Part shown: one piece after another, positions 26,895 through 36,078 of the stretch | Layout: each line of letters begins with the position of its first letter | Position numbering within the stretch: the stretch's first letter is position 1 | Virus record (IMG/VR): IMGVR_UViG_3300047160_006886 | Span: 47,991-111,990 of that record | DNA length: 64,000 nt | From: a virus | Strand: one strand, 5' to 3' | Translations under genes and position numbers: made by a program | The notes under the pieces: generated by a model | The model's database searches: none | What the model saw: only the letters and a program-made list of their open reading frames with translations | What the model was told of the DNA's origin: nothing

Positions 26895-29441
26895 ATGAAA
26901 GCCAAAGACATCAAGCAAGGCCACCACTACGAAACGAAGATCGGCGGCAAGCTGACAGTCGTAAAAGTAGATCGGATCAACGAGGAGCGAGAGCCAACGC
27001 TGGGCACCAACCGCTCCCGGAAGACCGGGAAGATGACTTTTGAGGTCACCAACCTCTCAACCGGCCGCAAGACCACGTTCCGGTCGGCGGCGAAGTTCCG
27101 TCGGGAGGCCACCCCCGGCAGCCTCGTCATGGAGCATGAAAACAAACGCATCAAGAGATTGCAGGAGCAAGTTGCCGAGAAGGTCATCCGCCCGACCATC
27201 GACAAGCTAGTCGAGCAAGGAGTCCTGCCGAAGCCCACCGGCGAGGTAAAGATCGAGTACCCCAATGTCCCTTTCGCCGAGCGGGAGGCGAGACCCCCAG
27301 CGAAATCGTCGAGCGACACTCCAGGCTCCACGGCACGCTCCAGCCGCTCGACCCCACCTTCGTCCGGAACTCAGTCGACAGCAAGGACAACCGCTGCTGG
27401 TGTGAACATTGCTCAGCCGCACGGCAGCCGAGAGAATCCCGGCAGCAGCGACGAGATCGAGAGCACCGAGAACAGCTCCAGCGAGGCTACCGAATCCTCG
27501 CCGGCGAGGCCGCTGACCCACCAGCAGGTCAAGGCGATATTCGACGCGGTGGACAAGACCGAGTTGCTCAAGAAGGTCCGCTCGACAAACGATCCGACTC
27601 CCCTCTCGCTTCAGCAGTGCCAGGAGGTTGTGATGAGCGAACAGGAGGAGGTGCTCAAGATCATGAGAGAGACCAGGGGCAAGCCGGAGTTGCGAGACAA
27701 GAAGCTGCGGGAGCTGGCCAACCGACACAACCGTGGTGGAAGGAGATCGCAGACCAACACGCTGAGTGCTCCCGACGAAGCCTCAAGCCACCACACAGGA
27801 CTGACTTCCGAAACATCTCCTTTGACCCTTCCCTCGTCACCGGCAGATGCAGATGTCGAGCCTGCCGGGAAGGAGTCAACAACGGCTACCGACCCAGCAT
27901 CACAGCAACCCCAACTGACCCCGACGAGGGAGAAGGATGCCCCGGTAGTTGAGAACCTGAAGGAGACGCTCCAGCGGGCAATCAACCAGGTGACCGAGAC
28001 GATTCCTGAAGCCGCCGGTCTCCAGGGCGATCAGCCGCAGGCATTCATCGACCTGACTACTAAGATCAGCGATGGCAAGCGGGTCGTGGTGCTGTGTGGC
28101 TTCGCCGGCACGGGCAAGACCGTGCTGCTGACTCGGATCGCCCGCTGGGCCAAGCGGCAGAAGTACGATGTGAAAATCGCCGCCCCGACCCACAAAGCAG
28201 CATCGGTCATTTCTCAGAAACTCGCTTCGTCCGGACCCGGTGGAACCGACATCGAGGTCCGCACGATTCATTCGATGCTCGGCTTGAGGCTGGAGCCGGA
28301 TTACGAGTCCGACTCCGGCGGTCACATCCTGACTGCCCAGGACAGCAAGTCCAAGGTGAAGACCGGCCTGGTGATTTGTGACGAAGCGTCGATGGTCGGT
28401 GAAGTCCTCAAAGACCACATCGAGAAGTCGAGCAGCGACATCATCTGGGTATTCGTAGGGGATTTAGCTCAGCTCCCGCCGGTCGGCGAGAGCATCAGCG
28501 AACTCCTGGACGAGCCGGATGCGGTGCTGGAGAACGTGCTCCGCCAGGCCCAGGGATCGGAGATCCTGAACCTGGCGACCCGCATCCGCAAGGGTGACAT
28601 GAGCATGAAGCACAAGAAGGGCAAGGACGTATTCGAGGTCGCCGATGCCGAGCAGCTGTTCCAGGCCGCTCTGACCAAGTTCCGGGACCCGGCCTACCAG
28701 AAAGACCCGTCGTTCGCACGGATGCTGGTCTTCAAGAACGCAAGGCGGCAGGCCATCAACGCCCGGATGCGAGACCTGCTGGTCGGCTCCCAGCAGCCTT
28801 ATGAGCCGGGCGAGTGGCTGGTCATGTACCAGCAGTTCGCTCCGGAGAAGTCGCGGCTCAATCTCATGGCCGAGGAGGCGAAGAAGTTTCCGAAGGGCGA
28901 CCGCAGACGCGGCCCGGCCTGGAAGCGGTTCTTCGACTACCAGCGGCAGCTCGGCGAGTCGGTGTCAATGCTCCATGTCAGCGAGGAGGTCCGCGTGGTA
29001 GCGGTCTCCGAACGGGATGTCGATATCGACGACTACACATTCGGCGTCTGGAGCCTGACCGTCCGGACCAAGGACGACCAGGAATACGTCCTGCCGGTAC
29101 TCAAGGACGAGGAGCGGGAGCGTCACTCGAAGGCCCTGGCGACCATCATGGCCAAGGCCCAGGAATATCGAGCCGAGCGGGATGAGTGCCCGAAGGGGTC
29201 GCCTGACTGGATTGATTGGGACGAGAAGCGGAAGAAGGAGTGGGGCCGCTATTTCGGCATGGAGTCCACGTTCGCTCAAGTGGACTACTGCTACTGCATG
29301 ACCACCCACAAGAGCCAGGGGTCCACGTTCGATCATGTGTTCGTCGATGTCCCCGACTTGATGTCGAGCGGCGGCATGCAACAACGAATCCTTTACACGT
29401 CGGTTACACGACCGGCGAAAAGCCTGACCTTTTACAAGTGA
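26895..29441 (+). CDS. Dda/RecD-like SF1B helicase with long N-terminal extension
   Basis: GFAGTGKT, APTHKAA, DEASMV, VGDLAQLPPV, THKSQGST, YTSVTR. Confidence 0.9.
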   Translation: MKAKDIKQGHHYETKIGGKLTVVKVDRINEEREPTLGTNRSRKTGKMTFEVTNLSTGRKTTFRSAAKFRREATPGSLVMEHENKRIKRLQEQVAEKVIRPTIDKLVEQGVLPKPTGEVKIEYPNVPFAEREARPPAKSSSDTPGSTARSSRSTPPSSGTQSTARTTAAGVNIAQPHGSRENPGSSDEIESTENSSSEATESSPARPLTHQQVKAIFDAVDKTELLKKVRSTNDPTPLSLQQCQEVVMSEQEEVLKIMRETRGKPELRDKKLRELANRHNRGGRRSQTNTLSAPDEASSHHTGLTSETSPLTLPSSPADADVEPAGKESTTATDPASQQPQLTPTREKDAPVVENLKETLQRAINQVTETIPEAAGLQGDQPQAFIDLTTKISDGKRVVVLCGFAGTGKTVLLTRIARWAKRQKYDVKIAAPTHKAASVISQKLASSGPGGTDIEVRTIHSMLGLRLEPDYESDSGGHILTAQDSKSKVKTGLVICDEASMVGEVLKDHIEKSSSDIIWVFVGDLAQLPPVGESISELLDEPDAVLENVLRQAQGSEILNLATRIRKGDMSMKHKKGKDVFEVADAEQLFQAALTKFRDPAYQKDPSFARMLVFKNARRQAINARMRDLLVGSQQPYEPGEWLVMYQQFAPEKSRLNLMAEEAKKFPKGDRRRGPAWKRFFDYQRQLGESVSMLHVSEEVRVVAVSERDVDIDDYTFGVWSLTVRTKDDQEYVLPVLKDEERERHSKALATIMAKAQEYRAERDECPKGSPDWIDWDEKRKKEWGRYFGMESTFAQVDYCYCMTTHKSQGSTFDHVFVDVPDLMSSGGMQQRILYTSVTRPAKSLTFYK

Positions 29442-29703
29442 AAGGAGATTCAAGCAATGTTGCTAGGCAAGCAGACAATATCCATCAGAGCCATCATCCG
29501 ACCAAGATGGTTGAACACCGAGATGAGGACTCGCATCAACGAGAGCAAAGTCAGCCAGTACGCCCCTCGAGATGTCTGAAGCTGCTGTCGGAAGCAGCAG
29601 CGGCAGGGGATGTCGACCCCGATGATGTCACCGATGCAGCCGTTGCCTACTTGAAGGACAACGGCTGGATCAAGAAACCAAGAAAAGAAAGGAGACCCAA
29701 GCA

Positions 29704-30324
29704 ATGACCGACGACAACAAACCGCCGGACTTCGACAAGTTCCTGGCGAAGATGCAGATCACCGTGGAAGAGATGGAGGCCGAACGGGACACCATCCTCG
29801 CCTGGCTCAAGGGCCTCTACTCCAAGCGGGAGTTCGATGGCAACCTGATGCCGACCCTGTTCGTGCGGGTCATCGACTTCGCCACCTCCGAAGAGGAGAT
29901 GGCGGTCACGGTCGTGCCCGGCAGCTTTAACGAAGGCCACGAGAAGCACCCGGTTATGGAGAAAGCCGGTCGCGAGCTGTATGAGCGGGAGAAGATCCCT
30001 CGCAGTATCTTCATAGCTGCCGAGGCCTGGATGGCCAGCTATAAGGGCGAGGTCAAGGACATCAAGGCCCAACCCCGCGATGACCCGAACCGCCGCGAGG
30101 TGGTCATCATCAACGGCAGTTCGTTCGACCAGAAGCACCAGCTGATGGCGGCGTTGCCCATCGTTCGTCCGGCCAGGGGCAGCCGGAAGCTGCGGCCCTA
30201 TCTCGACTTCTCGAAGCTGGAGACCGGGGCCACGCAGATCACCTCCCGGCTGCTCGAATCGTTCGTGCGAGGCTACGTCATGGCCTGCCCGCCGCTGGCC
30301 AGGGCGATCCTCGAACGGAACTAA
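29704..30324 (+). CDS. Hypothetical protein
   Basis: EAWM..PRDDPNRREVV motif; RBS. Confidence 0.6.
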   Translation: MTDDNKPPDFDKFLAKMQITVEEMEAERDTILAWLKGLYSKREFDGNLMPTLFVRVIDFATSEEEMAVTVVPGSFNEGHEKHPVMEKAGRELYEREKIPRSIFIAAEAWMASYKGEVKDIKAQPRDDPNRREVVIINGSSFDQKHQLMAALPIVRPARGSRKLRPYLDFSKLETGATQITSRLLESFVRGYVMACPPLARAILERN

Positions 30325-30337
30325 GAAAGGAGGACCC

Positions 30338-30614
30338 ATGAATCTGTACCTGATCTCGCAGACCGTCAACGACGACTACGACACCTACTCCGAGGCGGTC
30401 GTCGCCGCCGAGACCGAAGCGGAAGCCCGCAGCATCCACCCGAAAGGCGATAAGCGGCTTCCCCCCGGTCCGGAGATCGACCCCGATGACGTATGGTACG
30501 ACTACCGCGACTGGGTCCAGGACCCGAAGGATGTCAAGGTCCGGTTGATCGGGTCTCGTCGCCGTCGATGTCAAGCCGGGCGAAGTCCTCTGTGCCAGGT
30601 TCCACGCTGGATGA
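30338..30614 (+). pseudogene. Conserved phage protein with an apparent +1 indel near 30551
   Basis: MNLYLISQ..YDTYS.AVVAA; the expected end GEVLCARFHAG* lies in a shifted frame. Confidence 0.55.
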
Positions 30615-30617
30615 AAC

Positions 30618-30890
30618 GTGAAGAACCGGTCTCGCCTGGACCGTCAGCTGCCCCTTGTCACTCTTGGCAGCCAGGCCGTGAAGCTCGGCAAGATCCTGAT
30701 GAGAGTGCGGGACGAGATCATGGCCCCGCTCTGCGTCAGCTCGCCGAAAGACGGCAGCGTCCATAGCTGCTCGGCACTCGACTGCCCGGTGCACGGCGAG
30801 CGGAACCGGACCGTGCCCGGCTTTGGCCCGCTGCCGGAGGAGGTCGAAGGAGTCAGACTGCTCAAGAGAAAGGAAGGTGATCCACAATGA
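30618..30890 (+). CDS. Hypothetical protein
   Basis: DCPVHG; ATGA overlap. Confidence 0.45.
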   Translation: MKNRSRLDRQLPLVTLGSQAVKLGKILMRVRDEIMAPLCVSSPKDGSVHSCSALDCPVHGERNRTVPGFGPLPEEVEGVRLLKRKEGDPQ

Positions 30891-31939
30891 AGTGGCTGCG
30901 ACAGATGCTCTTCAGCATCCCCCAAGCAACAATGATGCACCGCCGTTACTGGAAGCTCGGCTGCTTCGAAGTGACCAGGGACGGCATCTTCCTGCGGAAG
31001 AGTCCGAAGCTCTCACCCAGGGATCAGGCCATCCTGGTCTACCTGTCGAACTCGACGAAGGTGGGCCGGATGCAGATGTACTTGGAATGTGCCGTCTGCG
31101 GCGAGGGACCGAAGGTGTTCGAAGTTCCCGATGACGCCTGCTCGATGCTGGAGATGTGGGAGAACATGAAGCTGCGGATACCGATGTCCCAGTTCGCCAT
31201 GCCCTTCCCAACCGTCTGCATCGAGTTCCCCGACAATTACGCCAAGCGGCGGCTGGTGCCCAACGCGGCCTGGCGAGACTGCCAGGACCACCCCGGCCGC
31301 AACCAAGGTGAAAAGCACTCACCAGTCCTGGCTATCGTCCGCTTCGAGAAGGACCTCGACGTGATCTTCGTCTCGGTGGGCTTCGACTCGGCGACCAGCT
31401 GCTGCATGTCGCTCGACCGCCGCGATGCCCCGGACGGCACGTTGGAGGATCTGTTGAAGCTGGCCGAGACCCGCGACCGTGACGGCAGGATGGAAGCGAG
31501 CGATGAGGAGTGGGCCGAGGCGGTCACCATCGCCAGGGCCTGCCTCAACGCCTGCCTCTTTTTCTGCGAGCCGTCGACCGTCCTCGACTCGACGCTCGCC
31601 AACCCGTCCTTCCACCGGCGGTTGCTGCGGCAGGGTCATCACGATCAGGCCGCGACCATTCCCTGGCTCTACACCTGGAGCGGCTTCAACCGGCATCGCA
31701 AGCTCTACGCTCCGAAGTCGGTCAGCAATGGTGAGAGCGGAGGAAGGACAGTCCGGCCGCACTGGCGGGAGGGCCACTGGACGATGCAACCTTACGGTCC
31801 AATGGTCATAGGTGAAGATGGGAAGAAGCACTGGGGACCGCTCAGACGGCGGACCCGGATCGACGCCCTGCTAGTACACGGAAGCGACGACCCACCGCCG
31901 GTGGAGGAGGAGCCTCTATCGCCATCAAGACTGAAATGA
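30887..31939 (+). CDS. Conserved phage protein
   Basis: C-terminal VRPHWREGHW..QPYGP motif. Confidence 0.65.
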   Translation: MKWLRQMLFSIPQATMMHRRYWKLGCFEVTRDGIFLRKSPKLSPRDQAILVYLSNSTKVGRMQMYLECAVCGEGPKVFEVPDDACSMLEMWENMKLRIPMSQFAMPFPTVCIEFPDNYAKRRLVPNAAWRDCQDHPGRNQGEKHSPVLAIVRFEKDLDVIFVSVGFDSATSCCMSLDRRDAPDGTLEDLLKLAETRDRDGRMEASDEEWAEAVTIARACLNACLFFCEPSTVLDSTLANPSFHRRLLRQGHHDQAATIPWLYTWSGFNRHRKLYAPKSVSNGESGGRTVRPHWREGHWTMQPYGPMVIGEDGKKHWGPLRRRTRIDALLVHGSDDPPPVEEEPLSPSRLK

Positions 31940-32005
31940 AGAATCCCCCGACCTTTCCAGCCCTGGGGGGAGGGATCTGGAGGGTCGGGGGATTCTTCAT
32001 TTCAG
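31931..32005. terminator. Long hairpin at the convergence of transcription units
   Basis: 23-bp perfect inverted repeat 31931-31953/31983-32005. Confidence 0.6.
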
Positions 32006-32229
32006 GGAATCATCACCAATTTGATATGGATAGTGATAATTCCCTGAGAATCGGTCCTAGAATCGAGGAAAATCCCTTCCTAATACGAATCCCCTTTGAC
32101 CCTCGCCGGAATCGATTCTGAGCGATTCTGGCCAATTCCTGGAGGGGTTCCCTCGAATCCCCGGACCCCATTTTCAATCATTTCCAACCGAGAATCATCA
32201 CTATCTTTATCAGATTGGTGATGATTCCC
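32005..32229. repeat. 38-bp imperfect inverted repeats flanking a GAATC-rich spacer
   Basis: 32005-32042 versus reverse complement of 32192-32229, about 4 mismatches. Confidence 0.8.
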
Positions 32230-32246
32230 CATTTCCCCCGAAGGTT

Positions 32247-33080
32247 TCATGAGGAAACTCCCCCCGATCTCGATTCCTCGATAGTTCTCTTTTCCCCTTC
32301 CCCTCTTCCAAGGACTATCCTCTCCGGCTGGAACTGATCCTGCCCCTGCTGCCGCCGCTGATGCCTCTCCGACCATATCTGAGCGACCTGCCTGAGTTTC
32401 CCCTCCCTCCCCTCCGGCACCGATCCGTCAAGTCGCTGAGTAGTTCTCCCCATCCAATTCTCACCTGCAGGGCCGATGTGGAGGCACTCCCACGAAGGAC
32501 GCAGCTTTAGGGCCGGCGGCCACTTCCGCTGGAAGAAGGAGTCGGCCCCGCCGGCGTGCGTCCAGTCGATCTCGTGCCAGGGCGGCGGACCGAGCCGGGG
32601 ATCGGAGGTGTGGAAGATCTGCGAGTAGCCCGCCCACTCGGCGACGTTGCGGTGGATACCGAACTGCTGCCACAGCTTTGGATCGTCGAGCACATCTGGC
32701 CTAGCAAACTCGACCGGGCACATCCGCCGTAGGGGTGAGAGAAGCATGCCGGGGCAGAAGTGCTCGGGCCAGCTGATCTCCTTCGGCCAGACCACGTCGC
32801 AGTCCATGTTGCAGATCCAACCTGTCCTTCCCATCCGGTCAAGCGCCCACTCCAGGGCGCGCCACTTATTAAAGATGGCTCCGTCCTGGTAGAAGAGGTC
32901 GGTGACGAGGCAATGAAGTCCGTCCTTCCCTCCCCAGTCGTACATCATGGTAACCGGATCATCAGGAGCCGTGACCACCCACGCCTCCTTGAAGTGGTGC
33001 CGGTTCCTGGGCAGGGTTACCCCCAGGATGTCGGCGAAGTCCACACAGACCATGATCGCTCGCAAGTCTTCAGGCACCAT
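32247..33080 (-). CDS. GT-A fold glycosyltransferase-like protein
   Basis: CVDFADIL..FNKW..WICNMDCDV (DxD)..GYSQIF. Confidence 0.7.
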   Translation of the reverse strand: MVPEDLRAIMVCVDFADILGVTLPRNRHHFKEAWVVTAPDDPVTMMYDWGGKDGLHCLVTDLFYQDGAIFNKWRALEWALDRMGRTGWICNMDCDVVWPKEISWPEHFCPGMLLSPLRRMCPVEFARPDVLDDPKLWQQFGIHRNVAEWAGYSQIFHTSDPRLGPPPWHEIDWTHAGGADSFFQRKWPPALKLRPSWECLHIGPAGENWMGRTTQRLDGSVPEGREGKLRQVAQIWSERHQRRQQGQDQFQPERIVLGRGEGEKRTIEESRSGGVSS

Positions 33081-33424
33081 CTCTCACTCCTCACAATCCA
33101 GCATCTCGCAGAAGTCGTCGATGGACACCGTCGGCGGACCTTCCATGCTGATCAGCATCTCGACGGGGAACACGAACATGCCCTCACCCTCCTTCCGCTT
33201 CCTCGTCTCCGGCTCACGCCGGCTTCCATTCCACTTCCCAAAACCGCCAGCACTCGGCACAGCGCCTGAGCACCTTCACGAAATACACGCGGTCAAAAGT
33301 GGTCGATCTTGGCATCGACTTGGGGAGGATCGCGGAATTTCTCGCCGCAATAGATGCAGCGATCAGGCACGCCGATGGGCAGCGTGACCTTGCGGCCAAG
33401 AGGGGTGTAGACGGTGAGCATGGG

Positions 33425-33715
33425 TTATGGCCGGTTCGCTTTTCTCCAAACATCCATATCCGCAGCGCAGTTGATAGCCTCTATGCTCTTTTCTGAGTTG
33501 AGGCCCAGTAGTGGCTTTCCACTGGCACGAAGCGCATCAATCGCTTCTTCGATAACAGGCAAAGCATGATCTGCCTTTCCCGCCCGCAGATAGCGCCAGA
33601 GCCGAATAAGATGAGGCGCGATTGGGTCACGCGCCAGCAGCGTAAACATCGGTTCGTCTGGTTCTGCAAAGCCGATGCAATCATACTTACCTGGATTCAA
33701 CTTCGTTCCCATCAT
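33425..33715 (-). CDS. Conserved phage protein (low GC)
   Basis: NPGKYDC..DEPMFTLLARDP. Confidence 0.6.
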   Translation of the reverse strand: MMGTKLNPGKYDCIGFAEPDEPMFTLLARDPIAPHLIRLWRYLRAGKADHALPVIEEAIDALRASGKPLLGLNSEKSIEAINCAADMDVWRKANRP

Positions 33716-33770
33716 CTCTCCTAAAAAATCCCTGGTCCATGCGGCACGGGCCGGCGCATCGCACGCCCGC

Positions 33771-34127
33771 TCAGCCGGGTAGGCCCTTCGGTAACTGCTC
33801 ATCCTTTACCTCCTGATATCCACTATCAGCCGCCTCCTTTATGATCCCGATCACTTCCTTGCAGGTCTCGCACGGCCCCGACACCGCCGAGCAGCGGGAG
33901 CACGCCTTGCGGTAGCTCAGGATCAGGGCCCGCAGCTTCCTGTTCTCGACGACCTCCTTGGCAAAGGCCCGCCGCAATTCCCGGCACTCATCGACGAGAT
34001 GCTGCCACTGGCTGGTGAAGATCGAGCCGGGCTGGAGGGCGACCACATGCTTCTGCACTTCCCCGTCCTCCTCTCGGAACTCCGCCTTGTCCTTGTACTC
34101 TCCCTGGATGTCAACCTGATTGACCAT
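33771..34127 (-). CDS. Hypothetical protein
   Basis: Coiled coil and CxxC pair. Confidence 0.5.
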   Translation of the reverse strand: MVNQVDIQGEYKDKAEFREEDGEVQKHVVALQPGSIFTSQWQHLVDECRELRRAFAKEVVENRKLRALILSYRKACSRCSAVSGPCETCKEVIGIIKEAADSGYQEVKDEQLPKGLPG

Positions 34128-34419
34128 GTCTCTCTCCCTTCCTCTCGATCAACTCCGCATGGACGGCCAGCTCGGCTATGTCTTCGGCTTCCTTCGGAGA
34201 GACTCTCTCCAGACCAACCAGGAAGCGGACGAAGACCTTCCTGGACATCATCCCGGCGATCTCCCTGCAGCGGATGAACCACTCCTCGCCCTTCGGGTTG
34301 AGAGAGTAACCACCCTCGATGAACTTTCGCTTGTGGAGCTGGTGCAGGACCCAGTAGAAAGCGGCGACCACATTGCACTCCGGGTTGTTCGACGCCTCTT
34401 CCAACGACGGCTCAGCCAT
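34111..34419 (-). CDS. Hypothetical protein
   Basis: GAGG RBS, operonic. Confidence 0.5.
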   Translation of the reverse strand: MAEPSLEEASNNPECNVVAAFYWVLHQLHKRKFIEGGYSLNPKGEEWFIRCREIAGMMSRKVFVRFLVGLERVSPKEAEDIAELAVHAELIERKGERHGQSG

Positions 34420-34435
34420 AATCCACCTCTTCCGA

Positions 34436-34816
34436 TTACTTCAGCCTTCTCAGTACTTCGATCATCTCCGAGTCCTTCTCCGGCAGCTCCCATCCTCGCT
34501 TGGCCATCTCCAGCCGGATCTTGCGGAAAGCGATCCTGCGGTACTCCCTAACCTGATCCGGCGTCATCTCGATGCCCTGGTCGTGGATGTGCCTGGTGAT
34601 CTGTCGGTTGTACTCCTCGCTGATGTCGTCCGACTTGCTGTCCGGCGGAGGGCAGCGCTTCAGGAGCTCGATCACTCGCGAGACCGGCCAAGCCATCTCC
34701 CGGCACTTCCGCTTGATCCACTCGATGAACGTCAGTAGGTCCTCGGACTCGAACTCCCTGTGCTTGCCGTAGAGGTCACACAGCTCCTCGAACTCGACTC
34801 GCGTCAATCTCCTCAT
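34436..34816 (-). CDS. Hypothetical protein
   Basis: TGATG overlap with upstream gene. Confidence 0.5.
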   Translation of the reverse strand: MRRLTRVEFEELCDLYGKHREFESEDLLTFIEWIKRKCREMAWPVSRVIELLKRCPPPDSKSDDISEEYNRQITRHIHDQGIEMTPDQVREYRRIAFRKIRLEMAKRGWELPEKDSEMIEVLRRLK

Positions 34817-35568
34817 CACTTCACCAGAGAACACTCGGGCATGAAGATGCAACCGACTCCGCATGATCTGCCGTTCCAGTACTTGAGCCATCCCTCGTGG
34901 CCATTCCGCGGCTCTCTCCCTAGCATCTCCAGGGCCTCGGAAGTGTCGATGAGGTTGAAGGTCTTGTAGTGCTCCTGGACCCGCTTATAAGCCTCGCCAG
35001 GGGCTGGATCGGTGATGTCGTGCATGAAGACGATGCCGGCCTTGCTCATCAGGCCCCGGTAGAAGGCGAAGTCATCGATGAAGAAGGACTTGTCGCCGTC
35101 GATGAAGAGGATGTCGATCTTCTGGTCGATGAGCCACCCCTTGACCACGTGGGGCACTTCGGGATCGAGGCTGCTCCGGGGCAGCCAGAGGAACTTGATC
35201 TTCGGGAAAGCCCTCTCGAACTCCGCCGAGTAGGGAGTGCCCCGGATCTCGCAGGCGATGGCTCGCTCGATGGTGGGGATGAACCGGCACCAGTGGTAGA
35301 GTTCGCCGCCCTTGTCGCAGCCGATTGACATGACGACCTTCGGCTTGATCCTCCAGGCCAGGTTGATCATCGCCGACAGCTCGTTCTTCCGTTGCAGGGG
35401 GAAGAGGTCGGTGCAGAAGATGCCGTGGCTTATGGCCAGCACACGGTCCTCGTCGAGCATCCGTCGGGTCGGACTTGCTGGGTAATTGGCGAAGAAACTC
35501 TGCCACCACTTCACCAGGTCGGCCGGCAAGGGGCCGTCCATCGCAATCGCTTCAGCTGTTGCGTTCAT
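34816..35568 (-). CDS. Class I SAM methyltransferase (Methyltransf_24-like)
   Basis: SIGCDKGG..IDILFIDGD..GIVFMHDI. Confidence 0.75.
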   Translation of the reverse strand: MNATAEAIAMDGPLPADLVKWWQSFFANYPASPTRRMLDEDRVLAISHGIFCTDLFPLQRKNELSAMINLAWRIKPKVVMSIGCDKGGELYHWCRFIPTIERAIACEIRGTPYSAEFERAFPKIKFLWLPRSSLDPEVPHVVKGWLIDQKIDILFIDGDKSFFIDDFAFYRGLMSKAGIVFMHDITDPAPGEAYKRVQEHYKTFNLIDTSEALEMLGREPRNGHEGWLKYWNGRSCGVGCIFMPECSLVK

Positions 35569-35779
35569 GTCTATTCCTCCATCCCAATGCCAGCATGAAG
35601 CTGACGAATTGTTGCGTCGTCCTCACGAAGTCCTGGTAGCATCGCTCACATAGGTCAAAGCGGAAACCGAGGGACTCCTGCTTATGAACGTGCCCACGAG
35701 GGACGTTCCTGGTCACGACCTCCACGTCGGCCCCTTCGGCATAGGAGTGCTCCTTGTCGCACATATGACATTTCATCAC
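35552..35779 (-). CDS. Small zinc-finger protein
   Basis: CHMC..DLCERC. Confidence 0.55.
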   Translation of the reverse strand: MMKCHMCDKEHSYAEGADVEVVTRNVPRGHVHKQESLGFRFDLCERCYQDFVRTTQQFVSFMLALGWRNRHERNS

Positions 35780-36078
35780 TTGCTCGCATTCTGTAAGTAC
35801 TTAGTCATCATGTCCAGCCGTTGTATTCATGTCTTACTTCCTCTCGCGCTCGGTCAGTCCCCTTTGATACCCTCTTATATAGCCGCGATAGTATGGCGTA
35901 TCCGCGTCCCCGTCTATAGCTCCACCCCTCAGTCCGTCGCTGTAACCATCTCTCTCGCCGATCCTCTCCTGTGCCGCTTCATCTCTCCGTGTCCATGCGT
36001 CAAAGTCTCCTGGTTGCATTTCGTCCTCCTTCACTTTGAAGAATTCTGCAAGTACCTAGTCATCATGTCCAACCGCTG
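35776..36078. repeat. Diverged 48-bp direct repeat (35776-35823 and 36031-36078)
   Basis: Both copies encode QRLDMMT(K/R)YLQN(A/S)SK* on the minus strand. Confidence 0.85.
35834..36034 (-). CDS. Small inserted protein with GYxxG repeats
   Basis: Lies between the direct repeats; lower GC. Confidence 0.5.
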   Translation of the reverse strand: MKEDEMQPGDFDAWTRRDEAAQERIGERDGYSDGLRGGAIDGDADTPYYRGYIRGYQRGLTERERK

